The notes: generated by a model not told the origin, from the sequence alone. Numbered from the stretch's first letter, positions 1 to 10,245 are shown. The stretch is 64,000 bases of DNA from an uncultured Clostridia bacterium (GCA_947591785.1 CANQDK010000003.1:51868-115867); one strand, 5' to 3'. Translations and numbers: made by a program.

Positions 1-242
1 TTTGGAATTGGAGCAACAACAATAAACATCTTATCCAAATTTGCGAGCGGTGGCCTTATCAACAAATTTTTCCGTTTTTCAATCTTACAAATGACATTAT
101 CATCATCTAAAAAAACTCTATCTCCAACAAAAACTCCATCTTTTTTAAGATTTTTTCGTGCCTTTGTTTGAATCAATTGATTTTTTCCAATGTCAACAAC
201 AAACTCGTCTGCTTGTTTCTTTAAAACAATGCCCTGCTTCAC
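1..242 (-). CDS. rsgA: ribosome small-subunit-dependent GTPase RsgA, N-terminal fragment running off the window edge
   Basis: My translation from GTG at 242 gives VKQGIVLKKQADEFVVDIGKNQLIQTKARKNLKKDGVFVGDRVFLDDDNVICKIEKRKNLLIRPPLANLDKMFIVVAPIP. This is an RsgA-type OB domain followed by the RP..AN.D motif. GTGA overlap with the rlmN stop. Absent from the ORF track because it is truncated. Confidence 0.7.
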   Translation of the reverse strand, partial: MKQGIVLKKQADEFVVDIGKNQLIQTKARKNLKKDGVFVGDRVFLDDDNVICKIEKRKNLLIRPPLANLDKMFIVVAPIP

Positions 243-1264
243 TTTGCCCCTCCAATACGATTGCGAAGTTGTCCACACGCACCATCAATATCTTCTCCAA
301 GGCTTCTTCTTACAGTTGCACTTATACCTTTTTCTTGAAGTTTTTCGGCAATTCTATATGCGTTTTTTCGAGTCACCCCAATGAGATGTTTTTCTTTTAC
401 TGAATTTAATGGAATAAGATTAACATGGCAGGAACGTCCTTTCAAAATTCTTGCAAGTTCAAAAATACAGTCATCAGTATTATTGACGCCTTCAATTAGT
501 GAATATTCAAAACAAATTCTTCTGCCAGTTTTTTCAAAATAATAATCACAGGCTTTTAAAATTTCCTCAATTTTATATGCATTTGCAATCGGCATTATTG
601 TCTTTCTCAGTTCGTCATTTGGTGCGTGCAAGGAAATTGTCAATGTAACTGAAAACCCATCGTCAGCAAGTTGATATATTTTTGGAACAAGTCCACACGT
701 TGAAAGAGAAATGTTTCTCATAGAAATATTGATTCCATCTGGAGATGTCACAAGACGGAGAAATTTTGTAACATTTTCATAATTGTCAAGAGGCTCTCCA
801 CAACCCATAAGCACCACGTTTGTAACTTTTCGTTCTTTATGTGTTCCACCAAGAAGTTTGTTGAAATACAAAACTTGCAAAAGGATTTCTCCAGCAGATA
901 GATTTCTTTCCAAGCCATTCAAGGTTGAAGCACAAAACTTACAACCCATTCTGCATCCAACTTGTGTTGAAACACAAACTGTGTAACCATACTTATACGA
1001 CAATAACACACTTTCAACAAGACTGCCATCTGCAAATCGTATGGCAACTTTCTGTGTGCCATCTTTAGACACTTGATGAGAAGCAATTTCGTATGAAAAA
1101 TATTCTTCAGCAATTTTTTCCTTCAAACTTTTGGGCAAATTTGAAATTTCATTTAAATTTTTCAATTGCAAAGAGGCTTCATAAAGTTGTTTTGCTCTAT
1201 ATTTTTGTTCTCCCAAACTTTGAACCAAATCTTGAATCTCTGACAGCGATTTATCCAGAATCAT
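239..1264 (-). CDS. rlmN: 23S rRNA/tRNA adenine-C2 methyltransferase RlmN (radical SAM)
   Basis: 341 aa. Radical-SAM CRMGCKFC motif and C-terminal GACGQL typical of the RlmN/Cfr family. ATGA overlap with the fmt stop. Confidence 0.9.
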   Translation of the reverse strand: MILDKSLSEIQDLVQSLGEQKYRAKQLYEASLQLKNLNEISNLPKSLKEKIAEEYFSYEIASHQVSKDGTQKVAIRFADGSLVESVLLSYKYGYTVCVSTQVGCRMGCKFCASTLNGLERNLSAGEILLQVLYFNKLLGGTHKERKVTNVVLMGCGEPLDNYENVTKFLRLVTSPDGINISMRNISLSTCGLVPKIYQLADDGFSVTLTISLHAPNDELRKTIMPIANAYKIEEILKACDYYFEKTGRRICFEYSLIEGVNNTDDCIFELARILKGRSCHVNLIPLNSVKEKHLIGVTRKNAYRIAEKLQEKGISATVRRSLGEDIDGACGQLRNRIGGAK

Positions 1265-2271
1265 TGATTCACCTCATTTGAGTGGAGAAGAATGTTTTCA
1301 TTAGCTTTTGTTGTTTTGAAATGATAGCCATTCAAAAATGAAGCCGAATCAAGCACTTTTCCACCAGCCACTTGACATTTCAAAATTTCAAAAATTCCAT
1401 AACCAGTTTGAATTAAAAATCTCTTCTTTGTTTGTAAAATTTCACCAAAATTATTATTTTTTTCGCATTTTTTCATGTTTTTTTGCAAATTTTCCGTAAA
1501 ATTTTGACAATTTTTATTTTCTTCAAAAACAGATGCTTTAAAAACTTTTATTCTTTCATCTCCTAAAAAGAAATAAGCCACAGGTGAATCGACAAAGGCC
1601 TTAACTTTATTTACAAGACTTTCTGCACTTTGCGAAAAATCAAGAAGTCCTTCTTCTTTGCTTATCGGTTTAACAAAAGTTGCATCAGTATTATTTTGTT
1701 TTTTTCTTTTAACATTATCAAATCCAACTTCTTGAATCTTATCCAAAACCCCAATAAGAAGTTCTGCACCAATCCTGGCAAGTCTTGGAAGAAGTGTGTT
1801 ATAGTCATCTTCTGGCAAAATTTCAACTTTCTTTGAAACAAAAATATCCCCATCATCCATTCCAACTTCGGTTTTCATTATGCTGACTCCTGTCACTTTA
1901 TCACCACAAAGCAGTGCATTTTGAATTGGAGTTGCACCACGATATTTTGGCAGAAGTGATGGATGAACATTTATGCACGGACAAATTTCCAACAAGGATT
2001 TTGACAGAATCTTACCGTATGATGCTGTCACAAAAATGTCACAATCAATTTTTCTAAATTCATCTAAATGTTCGTTAAGCTTTTCAAACTGAAAAACTTC
2101 AATTTTATTTTCTTTTGCCAGTTCTACAATTTTTGGAGAAGTCATCTTATTTCCTCTCCCAGAAGGCTTATCCGCTCTTGCAACAACACCAACCACTTTA
2201 TGCTTGCTCTTCAACAATTCTTGAAGAACAATTTCTGCAAAAAGTGGAGTTCCAAAGAATAATATTTTCAA
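1261..2271 (-). CDS. fmt: methionyl-tRNA formyltransferase
   Basis: 336 aa. MKILFFGTP N-terminus and HPSLLPKYRG motif. Start is TTG, 9 nt after AAGGAG. Lies in the conserved def-fmt order. Confidence 0.9.
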   Translation of the reverse strand: MKILFFGTPLFAEIVLQELLKSKHKVVGVVARADKPSGRGNKMTSPKIVELAKENKIEVFQFEKLNEHLDEFRKIDCDIFVTASYGKILSKSLLEICPCINVHPSLLPKYRGATPIQNALLCGDKVTGVSIMKTEVGMDDGDIFVSKKVEILPEDDYNTLLPRLARIGAELLIGVLDKIQEVGFDNVKRKKQNNTDATFVKPISKEEGLLDFSQSAESLVNKVKAFVDSPVAYFFLGDERIKVFKASVFEENKNCQNFTENLQKNMKKCEKNNNFGEILQTKKRFLIQTGYGIFEILKCQVAGGKVLDSASFLNGYHFKTTKANENILLHSNEVNQ

Positions 2272-2295
2272 ATCAAAACACTCCTTGTCAAAAAA

Positions 2296-2772
2296 TCATT
2301 CAACTCCGTGCGACTTTTTATATGCCTTTCCTTCATCTGTATAATCCACAAAAAGAACTCCATCAAGGTGGTCTATCTCGTGGCAGATGCATCTTGCAAC
2401 ATAGTCTTCTGCCTCAAATTCAAAAGGTTTGCCAGTTCTGTCAAAAGCGGTGATTTTAACATATTTTGGTCGAGTCACTTCACAATAAAATCCTGGCACG
2501 CTCAAACACCCTTCATTATCCTTCACCTTGCCTTTTGTTTTGATAATTTGAGGATTTATTATTTCCAAAAATTTGTCTTTCTCTATTTCAATAACAATCA
2601 CTCTACGCAAAATCCCAACTTGCACACCAGCAATACCCATTCCGTTGTTTTCTTTCATTGTGGTTCTCATATCGTCCAAAAGTTTCCACAAATTTTCATC
2701 AAAAGACACAACAGGCTTTGATTTCTTCCTTAATGTTTCACTACCCAAAACGACAATTTTTCTTGTGCTCAT
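2296..2772 (-). CDS. def: peptide deformylase
   Basis: 158 aa. GIAGVQVG, EGCLSVPG and HEIDHLDG metal-site motifs. GAGGGGA RBS. Confidence 0.93.
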   Translation of the reverse strand: MSTRKIVVLGSETLRKKSKPVVSFDENLWKLLDDMRTTMKENNGMGIAGVQVGILRRVIVIEIEKDKFLEIINPQIIKTKGKVKDNEGCLSVPGFYCEVTRPKYVKITAFDRTGKPFEFEAEDYVARCICHEIDHLDGVLFVDYTDEGKAYKKSHGVE

Positions 2773-2902
2773 TTCCCCTCACAGTATGATTATTTTAAAA
2801 TATAACTCTATTTTTTGTCAAGAAAAAAGAGTTTTTTCAATTTATTTCATCGCAATTTTAAATTTTTAATAACAAAAAATTAAAATTTCATTAAATTTTT
2901 AT

Positions 2903-5095
2903 TCAACTCAAATTGTTTGGATTTATCTCAAAGAAAACAGAACTTTTACATTTAGAATCAACACAATCATACACTTTTCTTTCAAGTTCGTCTGCCTTTG
3001 AAAGTCCAAATCGCATCAAAATTTGATAGCGAAATTTATTTTTAATTTTGTTTACAGGCGATTTCATAACATCAAGATAAACAAAATCTTGTAAATTTTC
3101 TTCCTTTATTTTTTTTATCTTTTCAAAACAATTTTTACATTCTTCGGCAACAACTTTTTCATTTTCATGAGAAAAAAGTATCCTAACAATCTTTGCGTAT
3201 GGTGGAAATTTTGTCACCTTTCGCAAATTTATTTCTCGATTAAAAAATCCTTTATAGTCATATTCGCTTGCAAAACGATAGACAAAATGGCGTGGACTGT
3301 AAGTTTGCAAAATCACCTTTCCCTGCATTGAGCTTCTTCCTGCCCTACCTGCAACCTGTGTCAAAAGCTGAAATGTGCGTTCTATGGAACGATAGTCAGC
3401 CTGATAAAGACTTTGATCAGCATCAACAATTCCAACCAGTAGCACATCTTCAAAATCATGTCCCTTCGCAATCATTTGCGTGCCAACCAAAATGCCAGGC
3501 TTACATTTTCTAAATTCGTTCAAAATTTTGCGATGCCCATTTTTTTGAGATGTTGTGTCATTATCCATTCTAAAAATTGGAACATCTGGAAAAAGTCTGT
3601 GCAATTCTTCAACAACTCTTTCCGTTCCTATTGCTCCTTGCTTGATGTCAGAACTTCCACAACTTGGACAAACATCAAGGGCTTTAAATCTCTTGCCACA
3701 ATAATGACATTTCAGTTTGTTTTCAAATCGGTGATAAACAAGCGAAACATCACAATCGCTACATTTTGCAACATAGCCACATTGCCTGCATCTTTGAAAG
3801 GAGGAAAATCCTCGCCTGTTAATGAAAATCATTGCTTGTTTCTTACGCTCAACAATATCTTTCAGTTCAAAATAGAGTGGCATTGAAAAAATTTGATTAT
3901 TACCATGGCGAAGTTCCATCATCATATCAATAATTTGAATTTTTGGCATTTCCATTCCATTTACACGCACAGGCATCTCAACAAGTTGATATTCTCCATC
4001 AATCGCCTTTGCATAACTCTCTATAGACGGTGTTGCACTTCCAAGAACAAGTGTGCAATCGTTATACTGCCTGCGAAAAAGAGCAATATCATGTGTGTCA
4101 TAACGCGGATTGTTTTCACTGACATAAGTCTGCTCATGTTCTTCATCAATAATGATTATCCCCAAATTTTCAATTGGAGAAAAAATTGCCGAACGTGCTC
4201 CAACAACAACTCTCGCCTCTCCAAAAAATATCCTTTTCCATTCGTCAAAGCGTTCCCCTGCTGAAAGCCCACTGTGAATAAGTGCAACTTGTCCACCAAA
4301 TCGTGCCTTGAAATTTGCAAGCACTTGTGGTGTCAAAGAAATTTCAGGCACAAGCATTAAAGCAGATTTTCCTTTTGCAAGTTGCCTTTCAATCAAATTC
4401 ATATAAACTTCTGTTTTTCCGCTTCCAGTCACTCCATAGAGAAGATAGGTTTTGTTTTCAGTGATGGTGTCCACCGCCCTTTGTTGAAGAGCAGTAAGCG
4501 TTCTTTTTTCAGATTTTATTTCATCAAATTCAGGTTCTCGATTGACTTGTTGCTCTCTTGTTAAAATGACACCACTTTTCACCAACGAAACAAGTGGAGC
4601 ATAGCCAAATTGATTTGAAAGTTCTGAAAATTTTTTTTCGCCATTTTTTTTCAAATATTCCACAATTTCAATTTGTTTTTTTGCACGAGCTGATGGCATT
4701 TTGAAATTTTCTGAAAGAGAACAAATTTTGACAACCAATTCTCTAACTTTATCTGTTCGCATTTCGGCAGGGATAAACAATCTCAAAATACTTGCAAGTT
4801 TCAAATGAAGTTTGTCCGCCATGTAAAACATTAAGTCAAGCATTTCGGGTTTTATGACTGCAAAATCTTCAATTTTTCTTTCAATAAATTTCAATTTTGT
4901 TTCGTCATACTCACAAGAATCGGAAAGTTCAACAATAAACCCTTGCAGATGTCGTGAGCCAAAAGGAACAATCACCCTTTCTCCAACCTGCACACTCATT
5001 TCTGGTGGAACAACATATTCAAATTCTCTATCCAAGGCTTTTGCATCTTGGTCAATGATTATTTTTGCAAACAATTTCACTCCAAAAGATGACAA
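2903..5095 (-). CDS. priA: primosomal replication-restart helicase PriA
   Basis: 730 aa. Walker A GVTGSGKTEVY, DEEH box, and a Cys-rich zinc region (CRQCGY..CSDC..CHYCG..CPSCGS). Start codon uncertain: the track start is TTG with no clear SD. Confidence 0.9.
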   Translation of the reverse strand: MSSFGVKLFAKIIIDQDAKALDREFEYVVPPEMSVQVGERVIVPFGSRHLQGFIVELSDSCEYDETKLKFIERKIEDFAVIKPEMLDLMFYMADKLHLKLASILRLFIPAEMRTDKVRELVVKICSLSENFKMPSARAKKQIEIVEYLKKNGEKKFSELSNQFGYAPLVSLVKSGVILTREQQVNREPEFDEIKSEKRTLTALQQRAVDTITENKTYLLYGVTGSGKTEVYMNLIERQLAKGKSALMLVPEISLTPQVLANFKARFGGQVALIHSGLSAGERFDEWKRIFFGEARVVVGARSAIFSPIENLGIIIIDEEHEQTYVSENNPRYDTHDIALFRRQYNDCTLVLGSATPSIESYAKAIDGEYQLVEMPVRVNGMEMPKIQIIDMMMELRHGNNQIFSMPLYFELKDIVERKKQAMIFINRRGFSSFQRCRQCGYVAKCSDCDVSLVYHRFENKLKCHYCGKRFKALDVCPSCGSSDIKQGAIGTERVVEELHRLFPDVPIFRMDNDTTSQKNGHRKILNEFRKCKPGILVGTQMIAKGHDFEDVLLVGIVDADQSLYQADYRSIERTFQLLTQVAGRAGRSSMQGKVILQTYSPRHFVYRFASEYDYKGFFNREINLRKVTKFPPYAKIVRILFSHENEKVVAEECKNCFEKIKKIKEENLQDFVYLDVMKSPVNKIKNKFRYQILMRFGLSKADELERKVYDCVDSKCKSSVFFEINPNNLS

Positions 5096-5166
5096 AAAAA
5101 GTCACCAAAAAACTTTTCAGTGACATTTTATCATATTTAAAAACAAAAATCTAGCAAATTTCGGTG

Positions 5167-5367
5167 TCAGTCCAAATCACTTGGAACAATTTTCCCTTCA
5201 TAAATCTCATCAAGAGCAATGCTGATTGCTTTTTTATCTGCGGTTGCAAGTTCGTTTCTGCGAGTTGTTTCGATTTCCTTTGCACGTTTTGAAGCAAGAA
5301 CAGACAAAATATATTTATTCCCTCCTGCTTTTTTTGTTAATTCGTCAATAGGTGGTTCAATCATCAT
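5167..5367 (-). CDS. rpoZ: RNA polymerase omega subunit
   Basis: 66 aa from the ATG after GGAAGGAGA; the track start is an upstream TTG. KYILSVLASKRAKEI omega-type helix. Lies just upstream of priA on the coding strand, as is common in Firmicutes. Confidence 0.8.
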   Translation of the reverse strand: MMIEPPIDELTKKAGGNKYILSVLASKRAKEIETTRRNELATADKKAISIALDEIYEGKIVPSDLD

Positions 5368-5507
5368 AAGGCAAAAATCTCCTTCCAAAATATTTCAACT
5401 AAATCTTTCCAATTCTAGCACAATAAAAACAAAAAATCAAGTGTTTTTTACAAAAACCTTTAATTTCCATGATAAAAACACTCAATTTTTGCTGATTTAA
5501 ACTTCTT

Positions 5508-5861
5508 TTAACTTACAAAACCCAAAGAAATAAGGATTGCTCTATTGATTTCTTTCATTTTGTGTTCATTTAAAGTGGTAACTTTTTCCTTTAACCTTCT
5601 CTTGTCAAGTGTGCGAATCTGTTCCAAAAGCACAACAGAATTTTTTGGTAGATGAGAGCCATCACTTGGAAGTTCTATATGCGTTGGAAGTTTTGCTTTT
5701 CCAAGTTGACTTGTGATTGCCGAAACAATCACTGTAGGAGAAAATTTGTTGCCAACATCATTTTGAATGATAAGCACTGGGCGTATGCCACCTTGCTCAC
5801 TCCCAACAACGGGACTAAGATCGGCAAAATATATCTCTCCTCTTTTAATCAAATTCTCCAT
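5508..5861 (-). CDS. mazF: MazF/PemK/EndoA-family mRNA interferase toxin
   Basis: 117 aa from the internal ATG ([51 protein letters not shown]). This is the classic MazF N-terminus and SH3-like core. The 34-aa N-terminal extension in the track is unlikely to be real. Confidence 0.85.
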   Translation of the reverse strand: MENLIKRGEIYFADLSPVVGSEQGGIRPVLIIQNDVGNKFSPTVIVSAITSQLGKAKLPTHIELPSDGSHLPKNSVVLLEQIRTLDKRRLKEKVTTLNEHKMKEINRAILISLGFVS

Positions 5862-6120
5862 TAAACTCACCGCACAAATTTTTGTTGTCATAAAGTTCGG
5901 CAAGTTCAAATTCGTTAAGTTCTTTCTTAAAATTTTCATTATCAAAGAAGGAAAATTGCTCACGAGTGACTATGCCAAACCATGATGAGAGAAAACTTTC
6001 TCCCATTCTCATCTTATGCCCTTTGTTTGAAATTGTTGAGTTTATCACAAAATCTTCTAAGCTTGTTTGCTTTTCAATTTCATCAATTTTACTCAGCATT
6101 TCTTTGTATGCTTCTTGCAT
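5845..6120 (-). CDS. putative cognate antitoxin of MazF (no recognisable RHH/AbrB fold; acidic C-terminus)
   Basis: 91 aa. Its stop overlaps the mazF ATG by 17 nt, which suggests translational coupling. Acidic C-terminal tail [26 protein letters not shown] recognise no family match, so the call rests on position only. Confidence 0.35.
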   Translation of the reverse strand: MQEAYKEMLSKIDEIEKQTSLEDFVINSTISNKGHKMRMGESFLSSWFGIVTREQFSFFDNENFKKELNEFELAELYDNKNLCGEFNGEFD

Positions 6121-6231
6121 AATTTTCACCCGTTCACATAAATTTTAAACTTATTTTATATAAGTAAAAAATTTTTATTCATTTTTCATTTGAATATTTT
6201 TTCTTAATTTACACCCCTCTTAACCTTAAAT

Positions 6232-6582
6232 TCATTCAGCCAACACAACAGCCCCAACAATACTCGGTTGATGTGAAATTGATATGTCCAGTTTTTTAAA
6301 GCCATGAGCATCAAAAATATCTTTTGTTTTTCCATGTAGCACAAGAAATGGTTGTCCACTATCTTTGTGACAAAGTTCAATTTCTTTGTATGAAATCTCT
6401 CCTTCCTTGACTCCAAGAGCTTTGTAAGTTGCTTCCTTCACCGCCCAGAGAGTTGCAACATGAACAGCAAAATCGCATTTAAACTTTTTTATGTATGCAA
6501 TCTCTCCGTCAAGAGCAATTTTTTGCAAAAGTTTTTCAGCGTCTTTGATTTTTGCAACTTCTTGTAAATCAAATCCTATCAT
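6232..6582 (-). CDS. acpS: holo-[acyl-carrier-protein] synthase
   Basis: 116 aa from the ATG after GGAGGAAA. MIGFDLQEV start and WAVKEATYKALG motif of 4'-phosphopantetheinyl transferases. Confidence 0.8.
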   Translation of the reverse strand: MIGFDLQEVAKIKDAEKLLQKIALDGEIAYIKKFKCDFAVHVATLWAVKEATYKALGVKEGEISYKEIELCHKDSGQPFLVLHGKTKDIFDAHGFKKLDISISHQPSIVGAVVLAE

Positions 6583-7204
6583 CTTCCGTTTCCTCCATGT
6601 CAACAAAAATTTTGTCTATCACTTTTTTTGCCACAGAATAATCATAACCTTTATAAATCAGATGAGCAAGGCATTTTTGCTTGTTTTTTGCATTTTTTTC
6701 GCGATTTTTTACGAATTTTTCTGCCAAAACACTTGCTTTTTCAAATTCGTCATCATCACTGACTCCTTCAATAAGGTTGTCAACAATATCCTTTGAAACA
6801 CCTTTTTGAATAAGTTTTCGAGCAATTGTGCGTTTGCCTTGACTTTGCGAAACACTTTCAAAAAAATTTTTGGCAAACTTTTCATCATCAACCATTTCAT
6901 ATTCGTGAAGTTTTGAAATCGTTTTTTTGATTATTTCATCAGAGAAGCCCTTCTTTTTTAAATAATCCTTAAGTCCTTTCTCGCTCACAACATATTTTTC
7001 AAGATAGGACACCGCCATATCAAAAGAAACTTTTTCATCGTTTTCAGCCTTAATTTCTTTGAATTTTTCTTCATCAAATTCACCGCCAACTTTAAAAGAA
7101 AACCTAACCAAAATTTCATCAAGAAAAATCCCTGCCCATTGTCCGTCAGCATAGACATGAAATCTGTTTGTTGCACCAATTCTCTTAATTTGAGTTATTG
7201 TCAT
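6569..7204 (-). CDS. recX: RecA regulator RecX
   Basis: 211 aa from the ATG after AAAGGAGAA. Repeated three-helix modules (..AVSYLEKYVVSEKGLKDYLKKKGF.., ..IARKLIQKGV.., ..CLAHLIYKGYD..) typical of RecX. Overlaps the acpS start by 14 nt. Confidence 0.7.
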   Translation of the reverse strand: MTITQIKRIGATNRFHVYADGQWAGIFLDEILVRFSFKVGGEFDEEKFKEIKAENDEKVSFDMAVSYLEKYVVSEKGLKDYLKKKGFSDEIIKKTISKLHEYEMVDDEKFAKNFFESVSQSQGKRTIARKLIQKGVSKDIVDNLIEGVSDDDEFEKASVLAEKFVKNREKNAKNKQKCLAHLIYKGYDYSVAKKVIDKIFVDMEETEDDRI

Positions 7205-7232
7205 TTTTTCTCCTTTGCACTGATTTGAATCT

Positions 7233-7589
7233 TTAATTAAGCACCTCACTTGTCGTTTTTGTATAAGCACGCACAAGCCCACCAGCACCAAGTTTTATTC
7301 CGCCAAAATATCTCACAACGAAAACACACGCTTTTGAAACGCCCTTCTTCTGCATAACAGAAAGAATAGGCCTTCCCGCAGTGCCATTTGGTTCTCCATC
7401 ATCGACTGCTTTTTCCAAAAATGGCGATTCCAAAGAATACGCATAGCAAATATGAGTTGCCTTTTTATGAATAGTGCGAAGATATGAAAGAGCTTCTTCC
7501 ACTTCGCTCAAAGTTTGGCAATGCAAGAAATAGCCCAAAAATTTGGACTTTTTCTCAACAATTTCCACCTCTTTTGCAAAATAAACCAT
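7233..7589 (-). CDS. YigZ/IMPACT-family protein (N-terminal UPF0029 domain only)
   Basis: 118 aa from the ATG after AAGAGG. SKF.G.., HICYAY, DDGEPNGTAG and GGIKLGAGGLVRAY motifs. Confidence 0.65.
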   Translation of the reverse strand: MVYFAKEVEIVEKKSKFLGYFLHCQTLSEVEEALSYLRTIHKKATHICYAYSLESPFLEKAVDDGEPNGTAGRPILSVMQKKGVSKACVFVVRYFGGIKLGAGGLVRAYTKTTSEVLN

Positions 7590-7623
7590 ATCAAAGCCTC
7601 TTTTTTTCAAAAAAATCAACAAC

Positions 7624-8871
7624 TTAGATAAGTTTCACTTTCACAAAACTCTTTTTACCTTTTTTGACAAGAGCATCTTCGGCATCATTCAAAGATATAT
7701 TCAAGGCAAAATCAGTCACCTTTTCATTCTTGAAAGTTATTGCACCACCTTGAATAAGCCTGCGTGCCTCACTCTTTGATGGAGCAAGTTTACAAATCGT
7801 CAAAAGTTCACATATCCCCATTGGAAACGCCGATTTTGAAATTTCGACGATTGGAGCATCATCGCCACCTTGTGAGAAAAGATTTTGTGCCATATTCATT
7901 GCTTTTTGTGCTTCTTCTTCGCCGTGAACAAGTTTTGTCACTTCAAAAGCCATAACCTTTTTAGCTTTGATTATGTCTGTTGAAACAAGTTCTTGAATTT
8001 CTTCAAGTGGAATTCTTGTGAAAAGTTTTAATAGCATTTCAACATCTTTGTCTTGAATGTTGTAAAAATATTGATAAAAATCAAACACGCTTGTCTTATC
8101 GCGTGCAACCCAAAGTGCTCCCTTTGCAGTTTTGCCCATTTTCTGCCCTTCAGAGTTTGTAAGAAGCGGACAAGTCAAACATTCCAAATTATGCTCTTTG
8201 CCATCTGCAAAAGCCATTTTGCGTGAAAGTTCTGTGCCTGCAACCATATTCCCCCACTGATCAGAACCACCAATTTGAAGTGTGCAACCATACTCTTGAT
8301 TGAGATGCACAAAATCGTATGCCTGCATCAGCATATAACCCATTTCCAAAAAAGTCAAACCGCCCTCTTTCAAGCGTCTTGCATACGCCTCATTTGCCAA
8401 CATTTTGTTGATATTGAAATATGTTCCCACATCACGCATAAAGGAAACATAGTCATAGTCCTTGAACCATTCAGCATTATTGACAATCTTTGCAGGGTTT
8501 TCGCCTTTTGTGTCAACAAATTTTTCGACAAGAGAAATAACCTCTCTCACATTATGCTCCGCATCCGCCTTGGAAAGCATTTTTCGCATATCTGTTCTGC
8601 CAGATGGGTCACCAACCATTGCCGTAGCTCCACCCACAAGCACAATGATTTTGTGCCCAGCATCTTGAAAATATTTCAGCATCATAAGCGAAAAAAAGTG
8701 TCCAATATGCAAACTATCTGCTGTCGGGTCAATTCCAACATACACCGTTGTTGGCTTGCCATTGACAATTTTCTTCACATTTTCCTCATTGGACATTTGG
8801 TAAACATATCCACGCTCTTTCAGTGTCTCAAAAAGTCTGCTCCTGTCAATTTTGTTTGTTTTTTCCATCAT
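7624..8871 (-). CDS. tyrS: tyrosine--tRNA ligase
   Basis: 415 aa from the ATG after AAAGGAGAAG; the track start is TTG. HIGH motif (LHIGHF), KMGKT (KMSKS-type) motif, and a C-terminal S4 domain (SKSEARRLIQGGAI). Confidence 0.92.
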   Translation of the reverse strand: MMEKTNKIDRSRLFETLKERGYVYQMSNEENVKKIVNGKPTTVYVGIDPTADSLHIGHFFSLMMLKYFQDAGHKIIVLVGGATAMVGDPSGRTDMRKMLSKADAEHNVREVISLVEKFVDTKGENPAKIVNNAEWFKDYDYVSFMRDVGTYFNINKMLANEAYARRLKEGGLTFLEMGYMLMQAYDFVHLNQEYGCTLQIGGSDQWGNMVAGTELSRKMAFADGKEHNLECLTCPLLTNSEGQKMGKTAKGALWVARDKTSVFDFYQYFYNIQDKDVEMLLKLFTRIPLEEIQELVSTDIIKAKKVMAFEVTKLVHGEEEAQKAMNMAQNLFSQGGDDAPIVEISKSAFPMGICELLTICKLAPSKSEARRLIQGGAITFKNEKVTDFALNISLNDAEDALVKKGKKSFVKVKLI

Positions 8872-9988
8872 TTTTCTTCTCCTTTTCAATGATAATCAGC
8901 GGAACATTCATCTCTTCTTCCGTCAGAGATGTGTGATGCCCCTTAAATCTGTGGCTGTCTTTTGTAAAAAGCATCTGTTTTCTTGTGATTGCAACTGCAA
9001 AATAGTTTGGAAGCAATTTTGCATTCTCTCCCGAAGGCAAGCCGAAAAAGTTTTGTTTGAGCATTTTCTTCGTTTTAAACAATCGGAAATCTTTGCCATA
9101 CTGCCTTTTGAAGTGTTTTTCAAACTCTTTTTCTTTTCCAGCCTTCACAAACATTGCTGTTGCACGTGGTTCAAAAGAAAACGGTTTCTCAAGCATAGAG
9201 CAAAGTTTCTCGTCCTGCCAAACATCAACATAGCCATCATCGTCCACTTGCCCATGGTCTGCCGTCACAACAAAAAGTGTGTCATCAAGTTTCTTTTGCA
9301 AATCGTCAAATTTGTTGTTGAGAGTGTTTATGAGAGCCATTGCTTCTTTTGACGTAACGCCATATTCGTGCATTGTGTGATCAGGCTCGTCGCAATAGCA
9401 ATAAACAAATTGTTTCTTTTTACGCTTGCAGATTTTTTCTATATTTGAGAAAAACTCGTCAAAAGTTTTCCATTCGTGCCTATTTACTTCGTCATTATGC
9501 CAGAAAGTTGGAACAACAACGCTGATTTCTCTGTCAGTGACAGCCTTTTTATAATAAGGTTCAAACGGTAGCCGATTTTTCACCCAATTTGGCTCAATGC
9601 TTTCACCTGTGTATGAATTTTTGTCAAGATAAACATCAACAGCACATCCAAGTTCGTCAAAAAAGACACTCCAAGCAAACCAGCCATGTTCCATCGGATA
9701 TTTGTTGGACAAAATGGAGGTGGTTGCATTTGCGGTTGTAGAAGGAAATGTTGATTTCAGCACCTGTTTGATGTTTTTCCTCAAAACTGACACCTCTTCA
9801 AGATTTGTGGAAAGAGGATGAATCCCTAGCCCATCAAATATGATAAAAACCACATTTTTATAGTCTTTTTCAAGTGCTTTTTGCAGAATTTTGAGTATTG
9901 GTTTATCATTTGGACAGCCCAAAAACTGTGCAAAAGTTGCAGAGATGTTGACAACACTTTTCTTAAAATTTGGTTTTGTAAGCTTCAT
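8846..9988 (-). CDS. alkaline-phosphatase-superfamily protein (type I phosphodiesterase/nucleotide pyrophosphatase-like)
   Basis: 380 aa from the ATG after AAAGGAGAA. Metal and nucleophile motifs FDGLG, FPSTTANATTS, VTADHGQ and GHHTS. Its 3' end overlaps the tyrS ATG by 26 nt. Confidence 0.7.
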   Translation of the reverse strand: MKLTKPNFKKSVVNISATFAQFLGCPNDKPILKILQKALEKDYKNVVFIIFDGLGIHPLSTNLEEVSVLRKNIKQVLKSTFPSTTANATTSILSNKYPMEHGWFAWSVFFDELGCAVDVYLDKNSYTGESIEPNWVKNRLPFEPYYKKAVTDREISVVVPTFWHNDEVNRHEWKTFDEFFSNIEKICKRKKKQFVYCYCDEPDHTMHEYGVTSKEAMALINTLNNKFDDLQKKLDDTLFVVTADHGQVDDDGYVDVWQDEKLCSMLEKPFSFEPRATAMFVKAGKEKEFEKHFKRQYGKDFRLFKTKKMLKQNFFGLPSGENAKLLPNYFAVAITRKQMLFTKDSHRFKGHHTSLTEEEMNVPLIIIEKEKKNDGKNKQN

Positions 9989-10005
9989 TTTTTCTCCTTT
10001 TAATA

Positions 10006-10245
10006 ACAAAAAACACACTTCATTCCACTTTTAGGACGAAGCGTGTGTTTCGTGATACCACCTAAATTCAGCCGAGCCTTTCAAAATTTTTGTCTTTGAA
10101 AGCCTTTCAGCCCTTGTTTTGTCATTCGCAGACATATCGCGCAAAACTTGAAACAAGTGTAATTCGTCTTTTTTGCCACTAAAGCCTTTCACCAACCGAC
10201 TTTTCTCTGTGCGTCAAGCAAAAAAACTACTTCTTCTCGCCCCAC
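10006..10245 (-). promoter_or_regulatory. T-box leader (tRNA-Tyr specifier) with intrinsic terminator
   Basis: Minus-strand RNA shows GCGAGAAGAAGUAG, AGAGAAAAGUCGGUUGGUGAAAG (stem I), GAAUUACAC (UAC + A specifier at 10161-10158), the T-box sequence AAUUUAGGUGGUAUCACG (10068-10051), and terminator ACACACGCUUC..GAAGUGUGU followed by a U-run (10048-10008). Confidence 0.8.
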
